Shown here one piece after another: positions 28,301 to 35,385 of a DNA stretch of 64,000 nt. The position numbers were made by a program, and so were the translations under genes. Position 1 is the stretch's first letter. The number at the start of each line of letters is the position of its first letter. The stretch is from Planctomycetota bacterium (lineage in GTDB: Bacteria > Planctomycetota > JAPUJT01): NCBI GenBank assembly GCA_027296055.1, contig JAPUJT010000124.1, forward strand, positions 2,992 to 66,991, read 5' to 3'. The notes beneath the pieces were generated by a model, which worked only from the letters and a program-made list of their open reading frames with translations, was not told the DNA's origin and searched no databases.

Positions 28301-30907
28301 GGCCATCGGCCCGATGTCCAATGACGCCTCCCAGACGAGGTTGTGGATCACTCCTCCGGAGGAGGTCGTCTGGCCTGTGATCATGCTCCCCGACGGCGTC
28401 CCATCATCGGTGCTCTTGATGTTGGTGACCGGCAAGAAAGTGATCCCGTCGGTCGAGAAGGAGACGTCGAGGGTCGCCAGGCTGGCGTTTCCATCGAGCA
28501 GACGGTACTGGACGAAGACATCGAAGCTGTACGACCTCGACATCGGGTCGATCAGGACGATCGGCACGAGGGAGCCGTTGTCGATCGAGAAGACGCCGGA
28601 CTCCGCCTGTCCGCCGAGGACCGAGTCGGAGGGCGTGATGCGGATTCGCGCCGCGCTCGTGCTCGTCAGGCTGATGTCCGCAATCGAATCCCAGACGAAG
28701 ATATGGCCCGACCCCACCGGAGACGATGCAAGACCCGCGATACCGTCGCTCGCTGGCGAGACGCAAGCCGTGCACTCCGAAGCGGGAAGCGGAGCGTAGG
28801 TTGTTCCCGAGTCCGTGGACCACTCCACCAGGATCGAGACCGGGTCCGAATTCGTGTCGAACAGGGTGTACGTGATGATCACATTGCCCGACTGGACGCC
28901 CACCGGCGTCTCCACCACCGCCACGGGGGCGCTGTTGTTGTCCACCTCGAAGACACCCGATACCGCCGGCGCGCCCGTCTTGGTGTCCGACGGGATGATC
29001 CGGAGGACGACGTTCGTCTCGCGGGCCGTCCCCATGTCCGCGAGTGTGTCCCATGCGAACGTGTGAAGATCTCCGCCCACGGACGATGAGAGACCCGCCA
29101 CCCCCTCCCCTTGACCGAGGGCCCGGGTCGCCGGGGAAAAGGGGCCCGCCGGTCCGTTGATCGAGAACGACGGGTCGATGTCGATCGGATTGCTCTCCAG
29201 GTCGGTCAGCGTGTAGTCGACGAGCACGACGCCGGACACGATCGCCGGCACCGCTGCGATCGCCGCGCCCGGCGCCACCGTGTTGTCCACGAGGAAAACG
29301 TCGGTAAACGCGGTTGGCCCTTCCCCGAGCCGCGAGTCCGGGTTGTCGCGTGGCCGGATGCGGACCACGACCGTGGGCGCCAGCACCCCTGCCAGATCCG
29401 TCGTCGCCGTGTCCCAGACGAACGTGTGAGGAATGCCCCCCGGATCTGATGGTAGAGCCGTCGTCCCCTCGCTCGGAAGACCGACGCGCTCTGTCGCTGC
29501 CATCCAGTTTTGACCTCCGTCTAGCGTATACTCCAGGTCGATGTCCACCGGGTCGCTTCCCGTGTCGGTGAGCATGTAGCTGATCGTCACGTCCCCCAGC
29601 GTCTGCGGGCTTGGCGGGGTGCTGACCGCGGCGGAAGGCTCGGAGTTGTTGTCGAGCAACAACCCCATCGTCGGTAGCGAGGTCGTCAGCCCGGACGCAT
29701 CCATCGCCGTGATCCGCATCTGGAGCGGCGGCGCCGCCAGTGTCGGCGGAATGTCGGTGTCCATGAGATCCGTCGCGGAGGCCGAGGCCCAGCGGAAGAC
29801 GTGCGCAATACCCCCCGGGCTCGTCGCCAGCCCCACCGTGCCGCCGCTCGGGGGGTTGATGCATGCCAGACACTCCGTCGCGAGGAACCAGGTCACCCCG
29901 TCATCGATCGAGTATTCCACCAGGATGCTCACCAGGTCGCTGTCCTCATCGATCACCAGATAGTCCAACTGGACGTCTCCTCCGATCACCTGGCCGCTGA
30001 CCGGCGAGCTGATGAAGACGATCGGCGCCGGGTCGTTCTCAACGAAGAAGTCCCCCGTCTCGGCGAAGGGAGGGAGGGCGCACACCTGGATCGCCCCGTC
30101 CGGACTGTCGCAGGGTACGATCCGAACCCTCACGGTCGGCTCGTTCGCCAGACCCTGCGCGTCGCTGTCCCAGGCGAACGTGTGGGGCTCTCCGGCGCGC
30201 GAGGAGGTCAGGTTCGTCGTTTCCCCCACCGGGATCTGCGTCACCGGCTGCCAGGAGCCACCTAGATCGAGCGAATAATCGACCTGGATATCGACGAGGT
30301 CGTCCGTCGAATCGACGAGCGTGTAGTCGATCCGGACCAGGTCGTTTTGTGTCCCTGAAGGCGTCGTGATCGTGGCGGCAGGCGCCTCGTCCCACGCGGG
30401 GAAATTCGTCGTCTCCTCCATGAGACCGATCAGATTCGGGCTGCGGGAATCCTGCGGCGTGATGCGCACCCGGACAAACTCCGCCCCGCCCGGCAGGTCT
30501 GCCGCCGAATCCCAGATGAACATGTAGGGAATCCCTGTGTCGCTGGTGACCAGGTCAATCGTTCCATCGCCGCCTGCCTCCGTGCAGGGGAGCCAGGGAG
30601 CCATTGGATTTCCCGTTCCCGGGTAGGGAACGACGGCGTACTCCACCGTAATGTCGGCCGGTTGCATCTCGGGATCGGACAGTCGGTAGGGGATTTCCAC
30701 CGTCAGCTCCGATCGAACGGGTGCATCGATGCTCACGCTGGGGGCCGCGTTCGACGCTCGGCCACTGCTGCCTCCTCCCGAGGACGCCGCGATGGCTGCG
30801 ATGGCAATGTAACCGCAGCCGGTTCCGAACTGGGAGAGAAGAGTCGCCAGTAGAAAGAGCGTCGAGCGAATCCCCCTGGCGGGCCACCTGATAGAGCCGA
30901 ACCTCAT
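22310..30907 (-). CDS. Giant exported repeat protein 2 (2,865 aa): ~18 Asp-box-containing modules plus classical NHL repeats
   Basis: ATG at 30907 with AGGAG upstream. N-terminus ...LFLLATLLSQFGTGCGYIAIAAIAASSGGGSSG. The modules are colinear in type with giant 1. The C-terminal ~680 aa carry ~13 repeats of GDGGPA..A.L..P.G.AVD..GN.Y(I/V)(A/S)D..NH.IR.VD. Confidence 0.9.
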   Translation of the reverse strand: MRFGSIRWPARGIRSTLFLLATLLSQFGTGCGYIAIAAIAASSGGGSSGRASNAAPSVSIDAPVRSELTVEIPYRLSDPEMQPADITVEYAVVPYPGTGNPMAPWLPCTEAGGDGTIDLVTSDTGIPYMFIWDSAADLPGGAEFVRVRITPQDSRSPNLIGLMEETTNFPAWDEAPAATITTPSGTQNDLVRIDYTLVDSTDDLVDIQVDYSLDLGGSWQPVTQIPVGETTNLTSSRAGEPHTFAWDSDAQGLANEPTVRVRIVPCDSPDGAIQVCALPPFAETGDFFVENDPAPIVFISSPVSGQVIGGDVQLDYLVIDEDSDLVSILVEYSIDDGVTWFLATECLACINPPSGGTVGLATSPGGIAHVFRWASASATDLMDTDIPPTLAAPPLQMRITAMDASGLTTSLPTMGLLLDNNSEPSAAVSTPPSPQTLGDVTISYMLTDTGSDPVDIDLEYTLDGGQNWMAATERVGLPSEGTTALPSDPGGIPHTFVWDTATTDLAGVLAPTVVVRIRPRDNPDSRLGEGPTAFTDVFLVDNTVAPGAAIAAVPAIVSGVVLVDYTLTDLESNPIDIDPSFSINGPAGPFSPATRALGQGEGVAGLSSSVGGDLHTFAWDTLADMGTARETNVVLRIIPSDTKTGAPAVSGVFEVDNNSAPVAVVETPVGVQSGNVIITYTLFDTNSDPVSILVEWSTDSGTTYAPLPASECTACVSPASDGIAGLASSPVGSGHIFVWDSIADISLTSTSAARIRITPSDSVLGGQAESGVFSIDNGSLVPIVLIDPMSRSYSFDVFVQYRLLDGNASLATLDVSFSTDGITFLPVTNIKSTDDGTPSGSMITGQTTSSGGVIHNLVWEASLDIGPMAQGGIQVRIAPSDIDGTGIDDSSNVFVVGNDDPMVTITSPAGGIVGSLIPVEFSLFDSTSDPIDVAADYSTNAGVDWFGATIQVGGKTNLPSDPLGTSHSFAWNSVADLGIGNFTAVQFRITPTDDEPRTGLPDVATFDVENNNLPVAFIGAPVAGDLRSGDVTVSYILIDGNSDTITTAVKYSTDGSTYLDATERTGLPSEGTTGLSSSPGGDSHIFVWASGTNLNTIDSDTVTFQITPTDPQNPGLPTTTANFLVNNNQEPSATITTPSGSQVGDVTINYVLFDPEGNLVDIDVLYSTDGVAFFPATERAGLPSEGVTGLSSTPVGVAHVFVWNTGSTGDMIGVAAADDTVLIRIVPRDNPVLALGEGTRTQTDFFTVDNTTAPSVAINAIPDPSSGNILIGYTLTDAESDPLDILVEYDAGSGFISATEGSPSDGISGLASTPAGVAHLFLWSSQTDLGPAFVTGVTIRITPRDTKLGTSDTSNAFVVNNNDAPVTAIVTPGGLQSGDVTISYTLTDTNSDAASIQVRYSTTDNGLIWAVAMEQTGPPSEGTTGLTTSPSGIPHIFVWDSIGNIGYVGPSNQTLIEITASDAATGLAVVTAAFVLDNAILRPVVRIDTVARAFGTDVTITYTLSDGDADPADITVGWRQGGVGPFLPAMAGAGGDGVTGLLTSAGGIGHTFVWDTSTDLPPGAQADLEIEIIPMDPDGLGTSDISNLFIRGNDVPSLTIISPVAADMVSGLIEVSYNLFDSTSDLVSLIAEYSTDGITFSPAMITVGEISNLTSSPGGTPHSLAWNSISDLGMGNFTGVTFRLTPRDFPPPDGTPGSVVIDISNNDLPISFIGAPAEGSFEAGDVQVTHILIDGNSDAIDITVDYSTNGTDYFTATERTGLPSEGIAGLTSSPAGISHTFVWNSAANLISADSSMVTLRITPNDGQNDGVPFTTPDFLVNNNQEPSIVTINPFPPGDQSGNILITYSLGDAESNPTDLVVEYSTDAGQSFILAKDAGILFGSHGTTALSTSPGGTSHDFVWETDVDLPGKRETSVDVRLTPEDNVLAILGVGTPGRTGVFVVDNTLAPTATIDNVTSPTGKMAPPDDVHRNLTIDYRIIDLESNLSSIQLKYSTTGVGPISGWSDATVDASIGDGTEDLTTSPGVGTVHQIGWISEVDLSGYFATVHIAIIATDSKEDPAPTSYGPFVVNNTPVTASANVAPGILFDRVTLSYRLIDSNLDLADVTVSYSTNGSAGPFMAATEAEGLPSEGLLGLSTSAAGEGHIFVWSAFFDLGRANYTDVVLLVQPTEQPTGSVGTPGATGSFRLDNRVIATISGAGNGDEGDALDALIFARDVAADSFGNIYFTEFIRARVRHVDAFTGQIRTIAGNGAQRDMGDGGPAYLASLRQPEGIAVDANRNLYIADLNNNKIRRVDAITEIITTVAGGGTDPNDDILATDARLRSPRDVAVDSNGDIFISEWQGALYHRVRRVDSTGFIRAFAGTGAPGFMGDLGLAVSAQLDEPMYLAIDSLDDVFISDSKNFRIRWVDRASGNIDTYAGNGMDNAMGDGGLATAAGLANPWGLAIDTMDNLYIVNRGANRTRIVDTGGIINNFAGTGSATFSGDGGPALLAGTGSNWGVATDPLGNIHIATNGRIRTVDSGLIINTVAGTGGTLFQNDVPAISQVHSNINGVAVDSAGNVYVTTDGRIRLVDAQTGLITTVAGNGGCSWSGDGSPATDFTITLPRQLFLDEAGGLIYVADWGHNRIRVVDLVADSISTFAGIGVGCTTAGGFSGDLGLATAAELNRPNGITFDASGNAYIADTENHIVRIVDTSGIIDTWAGTPATSGYTGDGGPADMATMTFPTDVVVDSGGFIYIADSSNHVIRVVDLLLDIDTFAGTGTAGYSGDGGDALAAMLNRPFGLAVDTSDNIYVSDLDNHRVRVIDVSLTPDIITTIAGTGGAAFGGDGGPAVSALMVSPNGIDVDATGVVYFVDSGNDRIRRF
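24345..30754 (-). repeat. Coding tandem array of ~18 modules with the same ~2.1-kb super-repeat
   Basis: Same module consensus as in giant 1. 'VAFIG/ISFIG' landmark codons lie at 27855 and 25770 (2,085 nt apart). Confidence 0.85.
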
Positions 30908-30996
30908 GCGTCTCTCTCCTCGAATGAGTTTGTGTAGCCGGAAGTCGAATGAAAGTACACTCCAGGGAGGAGAGGTCTTCTCCCCCCGCTCTCTCC

Positions 30997-31025
30997 ATTC
31001 TAGATCCCGGGGGCGATGTGGGCAA
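30997..31025 (-). promoter_or_regulatory. Candidate sigma70-type promoter of giant gene 2
   Basis: Minus strand: TTGCCC (31025-31020), 17-nt spacer, TAGAAT (31002-30997), in the 181-nt gap between the TPR gene stop and the ATG at 30907. Confidence 0.35.
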
Positions 31026-31088
31026 TTCCAAATCGGAGACCTGCTTCGATGGCAGGGGAGGATATCGGCAGGGGCCGTGGGACAGAGG

Positions 31089-32000
31089 TTAGTGGCTGCC
31101 GGTCGGTGAGGTGGGCAGCGTAGGGTTCCCGGAGGGCCGGCTGTCGCCGGCGGCCTGAAGGCGGGCGATTTCGGAGCGATCCGCCTCTGCGCGGTGTGTG
31201 GCCCCGATGCCCTCGTTCACGCGCAAAGCTCGTCGCAGATACCCGATCGCGGAGGCGCGATCCCCCGACTTCTCCATCACCCGCGCCAGGCTTCGGAGCG
31301 AGAGGGCGATCCCCTCGCGATCCGCCCGCTGGCGGTTCAGACGGAGGGCCTCTTCGAGCGCGATTCGAGCAGCATCCAGCCGATCCAGCCCCTCCTCGGC
31401 GCGGGCCCGATTGGCCAGGTTGGAGGCGAGATCATCCCATCTCTCGTGGTCTCGGTTGAAGGCCTCGGCCTCGGCGAAGAACCTCCTCGCCTCCTTCGGC
31501 TGACCCTCCCGCATCCTCACGAGGCCCATCTGGTTCAGCGTGATCGCGCGTCCCGCGGGATCACGCAACTCTTTCTGGATTTCCAAGGCTGACTGAAGTC
31601 GCTTCCGGGCGGCTTCGACATTCTCCTCTCGAAGGTCCAGGGCGGCGAGATCGTTGAGACACAGTGCCATGGCGAGGCGATCTCCAGCGATCCTGTAGAT
31701 CTCCATGGCGGCCCTGAATCCCGTTCGAGCCTCATCCAGATTTCCGAGCCGCTCCTGGACGCGGGCAAGATTCGCGATGCTTCCAGCTTCCGAGGGCAAA
31801 TCGTCGTGATCGCGGCTCTCCTCGAGCGCCCTGAGAAAGAACCTGTTGGCCTCCTCGTAATTGCCTGCCCGGTACGTCTTCACTCCCTTCTCGCTCCACT
31901 TGACTCGAGCGGGGGGATCTTCCCGGACGGGCGGCGCGGAGCCACAGGCTGGGCCGAGAATCAGGACGGCTGTCAGGGCAAGGATGGTGAGGCGGCTCAT
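31089..32000 (-). CDS. TPR-repeat lipoprotein
   Basis: Signal peptide plus Cys (LTAVLILGPAC). ~34-aa helical repeats with A..Y/F...A/L patterns and recurring LG/A...L..A/LE blocks across 303 aa. The start lies 3 nt after the MlaD-like stop. Confidence 0.8.
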   Translation of the reverse strand: MSRLTILALTAVLILGPACGSAPPVREDPPARVKWSEKGVKTYRAGNYEEANRFFLRALEESRDHDDLPSEAGSIANLARVQERLGNLDEARTGFRAAMEIYRIAGDRLAMALCLNDLAALDLREENVEAARKRLQSALEIQKELRDPAGRAITLNQMGLVRMREGQPKEARRFFAEAEAFNRDHERWDDLASNLANRARAEEGLDRLDAARIALEEALRLNRQRADREGIALSLRSLARVMEKSGDRASAIGYLRRALRVNEGIGATHRAEADRSEIARLQAAGDSRPSGNPTLPTSPTGSH

Positions 32001-32003
32001 CCG

Positions 32004-32999
32004 TCAATCCTCGTAGGGGTCCATTCTTCGACTCCGGGAGATGGACGTCTCGATCTCTGGGAGCGGATCGAGGTTTCCTCGTATGAGAATGTTCCTCTCC
32101 GTTGCTCGAATGAGGCGACGGGCCTCCGCCGTCGTGTACCGGGTCGCCTCCGCCGTGCGAGGGATCTCCTCGGAGACGAGCTGGAGGGCCAAGGTGGCCT
32201 CATCGAGAGCCTGCCGGAGGTCTTTGACGACGGCGGGGAGGCCTGCCTCCGGTTCGGACAGGTTGGTCAGGATGGTCTGGACGTTCGCCATCGCTACCGA
32301 AACCTCCTCGAAGAGGGTGTTGAGCCGGACGGCATTGGATTCGAGCTTCTCTATCAGACCCTGCATATTGTCCACGTTTACCGTGGCGGTCTCCGCGAGC
32401 TCGCGGAACTGCTCGACGGTCTCGCTCGCCTTCTCGGCGATTCCATTGAGATTTGCGTAGAGCTGGCCCTCGTCCTTGATCAGGGCACCGATGCTTCCCT
32501 CTCCCTCACGAATCCCTCTCGCGATCTCCTCGAGGTGATCGCTAAGGCCGACCATCCTTTCGGCGAGGGTCCCGAACGACTCCGTCGTGCCCGCCTTTAC
32601 TCGGGCCGGGATCCGGGCGCCGGCCCCCAGAGGCTCGGCGCCAGCGCCTGGCAAGAGCGACACTTCGGTTCCACCGAAGAACGATGGAGGGATCACCTCC
32701 GCAACGAGCCCCGCGCTCAGCCGATCCGAGTGCTCGGGAAGAATCTCGAGGGTCACGGTGACGGAGTTGGTCTGGCCGAGTCGGACCGACTGGACGGTCC
32801 CCACCGGTACCCCGCTCATACGGACCACCGCCCCGTCGTCCAGCCCGTGGGCCTCGTCCAGCGTGAAGGTGAGGGTCGGGCGTTGGTGGAACCAATCGTG
32901 GCTCTGGCTGCGGGCGACGAAAGCGATCCCCCAGACGAGGATGGAGATGAGAAGGATCAGCCCGGCCATCTTCTCGGCTCGTGTTGTCGGCGTTGTCAT
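32004..32999 (-). CDS. mlaD: MCE/MlaD-family substrate-binding protein with long C-terminal helical region
   Basis: N-terminal TM helix (MAGLILLISILVWGIAFV). MCE core FTLDEAHGLDDGAVVRMSGVPVGTVQSVRL...VTVTLEI. GSIGALIKDEGQLYANL motif. ~150 aa of predicted coiled-coil/helical tail. Confidence 0.8.
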   Translation of the reverse strand: MTTPTTRAEKMAGLILLISILVWGIAFVARSQSHDWFHQRPTLTFTLDEAHGLDDGAVVRMSGVPVGTVQSVRLGQTNSVTVTLEILPEHSDRLSAGLVAEVIPPSFFGGTEVSLLPGAGAEPLGAGARIPARVKAGTTESFGTLAERMVGLSDHLEEIARGIREGEGSIGALIKDEGQLYANLNGIAEKASETVEQFRELAETATVNVDNMQGLIEKLESNAVRLNTLFEEVSVAMANVQTILTNLSEPEAGLPAVVKDLRQALDEATLALQLVSEEIPRTAEATRYTTAEARRLIRATERNILIRGNLDPLPEIETSISRSRRMDPYED

Positions 33000-33022
33000 C
33001 GAGCGAAGGCCTCTCTCATCGG

Positions 33023-33694
33023 TTAGCCCGCCACGAGGCGTCCCTCTCGAAGCACCCGGACCTGCGCGGACGCCGCCGGCACCCGGTCTCGATCCGTCGT
33101 GCCGATGACGGCCGTCAGTGTCCCCTCGACGGTCGTGCGCACCTGATCCCAGATCTCCGAGGCGCGCGTACGCGACAGACGAGTGAAGAAGTCATCGAAG
33201 ACGATGACCTCCGGACCCATGCTGAGCGCTCTTGCCAGGGATGCCGCGTGGGCCTCCTGCAGCCCCAGCTCCGCGGGTCTCTGATCCGCCATCGAGTCGA
33301 GGTCGAGGGCGCGGAGTATCTTCACGACTCGATCTCCCACCTCGTCCATCGGAATCAGCTCGTGGTACACCAGGGGGAGCGCCACATTGTCGAAAACGCT
33401 CAGGTTCTGCAGGAGGGCAGACTCCTGGAAGACGAAGCCCAGCTTCATTTTCGCTGCACGCCTCCGGGCGTACGGGTCGAGGTGGAGATCCGTGCCAGCG
33501 AACCGGACGGTCCCCCGATCGGGGGGAATGAGTCCCGAGCAGACCTTGAGCAGACTCGTAGCCCCTGCCCCCGCTTCCGCCTCGATGACCACTACTTCGC
33601 CGCGAGCCACTTCGAGGTGCAGATCGGAGAAGAGGCTCCTGCGTCCCCGTTGCAGATGGATCTTCTCGGCAGAAAGGACGGGAAGTTCAGCCAT
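33023..33694 (-). CDS. MlaF-like ABC nucleotide-binding-domain protein with degenerate catalytic motifs (pseudo-ATPase)
   Basis: The ABC NBD fold is recognisable (Q-loop FVFQESALLQNLSVFDNVALPL; LARAL helix). Walker A reads AEAGAGATS (Lys to Ala). The signature reads LGLQE instead of LSGGQ. Walker B reads VIVFDD (catalytic Glu to Asp). The H-loop His is Thr (GTTD). Confidence 0.75.
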   Translation of the reverse strand: MAELPVLSAEKIHLQRGRRSLFSDLHLEVARGEVVVIEAEAGAGATSLLKVCSGLIPPDRGTVRFAGTDLHLDPYARRRAAKMKLGFVFQESALLQNLSVFDNVALPLVYHELIPMDEVGDRVVKILRALDLDSMADQRPAELGLQEAHAASLARALSMGPEVIVFDDFFTRLSRTRASEIWDQVRTTVEGTLTAVIGTTDRDRVPAASAQVRVLREGRLVAG

Positions 33695-33715
33695 CGAGAG
33701 TTCGCTCCCTTCTCC

Positions 33716-34519
33716 TCACCATGCCGCGCCGGAGATGAACAGGGTGCAGACCAGGTTCAAGACGAGGCAAACGAAGATCGAGGAGATCACGGCGCGAGTC
33801 GCCATCTGTGGCACTTCCGTCGGCGACAGTCGGACCGATAGTCCGTAGTGACAGGCGAGGAGGGCGACCGCGGTGCCGAAGAGGATCGATTTGAGCGCCA
33901 GCATCGGCAGGTCCCAGGTTCCCATCAGCTCCAGGAGGGGGACGCGGCCGGCAGATTCGGAGAGGAGGCCCATGCTCCTCGCCATGAACTCGCCCCCGTG
34001 GAAGGAGACGGCAAACACATAGAGGTTCAGCACCAGGAGGGAGGCCACCATTCCGAGGAGCCGGGGGAAGATCACGAAATAGTCCATGTTGATCGCCATG
34101 GCGTCGAGGATCTGGTCCTCCCGGTTGATCTTCATTGTCCCGATCTCGGTCACCATCGCCGTCCCGGACCGGCCGATGATCACGAGGATCGTGATCAGGG
34201 GCATCAGCTCCCTCAGGAACATCTCGGAGGAGGGCCGGATATGAGCGGCGAGGCCGAGGCCTCCGAGGAGTTGAGCGGCGATGAAGAAGACGACGGTTCC
34301 CACGCAGACGGAGGCGAGCGTCAGCAGCGGGATCGCCTGAGCCGCCGTGAAGTAGACCTGTCTCAGGAAGCTCTGCCAGACGAGTTGGCGACCGCGGCCC
34401 TTCTCCAGGAAGAAGGCCTTCAGGGTCGCGTACCCCAGTCCCGCTACTCCGGCCCCACGAGAGATCAAGCGCAATGCCCAGCGGCCGATCCCCCCCAGGG
34501 GGTCACCCAGCAATCCCAA
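33716..34519 (-). CDS. mlaE: MlaE-family ABC transporter permease
   Basis: 267 aa, multi-pass membrane protein. Hallmark IIGRSGTAMVTEIGTMKINREDQILDAMAINMDYFVIFPRLLG. TTG start at 34519 with AGGAG 9 nt upstream. Confidence 0.85.
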   Translation of the reverse strand: MGLLGDPLGGIGRWALRLISRGAGVAGLGYATLKAFFLEKGRGRQLVWQSFLRQVYFTAAQAIPLLTLASVCVGTVVFFIAAQLLGGLGLAAHIRPSSEMFLRELMPLITILVIIGRSGTAMVTEIGTMKINREDQILDAMAINMDYFVIFPRLLGMVASLLVLNLYVFAVSFHGGEFMARSMGLLSESAGRVPLLELMGTWDLPMLALKSILFGTAVALLACHYGLSVRLSPTEVPQMATRAVISSIFVCLVLNLVCTLFISGAAW

Positions 34520-34551
34520 CTCTGTGCTCCTAGTAGTCTTAGGGAAGAGCC

Positions 34552-34580
34552 ATGGTACTCGATTGGGCTTTCGCGGTCAA
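34552..34580 (-). promoter_or_regulatory. Candidate sigma70-type promoter of the mlaE operon
   Basis: Minus strand: TTGACC (34580-34575), 17-nt spacer, TACCAT (34557-34552), ~30 nt upstream of the mlaE start. Confidence 0.4.
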
Positions 34581-34710
34581 CATCGGACCGTCGGAGAAGG
34601 CCGGAGAAAAGGACCTCGTCCTTGTAACCTTCATCTCAGAGGGACAGAATCGAGCGAGCGGCGTATTTCGAGAAGAGCGAGTCGAGGCGACAGGAGAAGA
34701 TGTGACGACG

Positions 34711-35385
34711 ATGGGCGGACAGGGGATCTACACGACTCAGAAGGAGTACTTTCGGGACGCCTACAGGAGCGGCGTTCACGGGTGGCCTACGGAAGGACCG
34801 ACCGGCGCCATCCTGCAGTTCCTGAAGAAAATGCGGAGAGAGGGGATCGAGGGGAGGTTTCTCGACATCGGCTGCGGCGAGGGGAGGCACTTGATTCCCT
34901 TTGCCCGGGCGGGATTTCGCTGCGAGGGGTTCGATCTCGAGCCGCTCGCTCTCGAGAGGGCGGAGGGCTATCTCCGGAAGGCGGGCGTACGTCGCCGCGT
35001 GAACCTCCGGAAGGGAGACGCTCTTCGCCTACCCTATCCGGAGAGTTCCTTCGACGTGATCCTGGACAGCGGTTGCTTCCATCACATCCGGATCTCGGAC
35101 GAGAGACGCTTCGTGAGAGGAATTTTGAAGGTGTTGAAGCCCGGGGGCACTTTCCTGCTCACGGTCTTCGACGTGAACTTTCGCCACACACCGGATGAGC
35201 TGGTTCACAAGCGCAGGCGGTGGCTCGTCCATCGGGGCCATTACGATCGGTTCTTCACTGCGGCGGACATCCGACGGGTCTTCGGGAAGGAGTTCGTCGT
35301 CCGGGAACTCGTGAAGGAGGCGAAGGGCCTCAGCCACTTCTGGCATGTCCGGATGCGGAGTCGAGTCGCAGGAGGGAGCGGCTAA
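34711..35385 (+). CDS. Class I SAM-dependent methyltransferase
   Basis: Motif I FLDIGCGEGRH, LKPGGTFLL and the acidic loop GFDLEP. The track ORF starts at 34552, but that region holds the divergent mlaE promoter candidate. The ATG at 34711 puts motif I ~50 aa from the N-terminus, as is usual. The start remains uncertain. Confidence 0.7.
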   Translation: MGGQGIYTTQKEYFRDAYRSGVHGWPTEGPTGAILQFLKKMRREGIEGRFLDIGCGEGRHLIPFARAGFRCEGFDLEPLALERAEGYLRKAGVRRRVNLRKGDALRLPYPESSFDVILDSGCFHHIRISDERRFVRGILKVLKPGGTFLLTVFDVNFRHTPDELVHKRRRWLVHRGHYDRFFTAADIRRVFGKEFVVRELVKEAKGLSHFWHVRMRSRVAGGSG

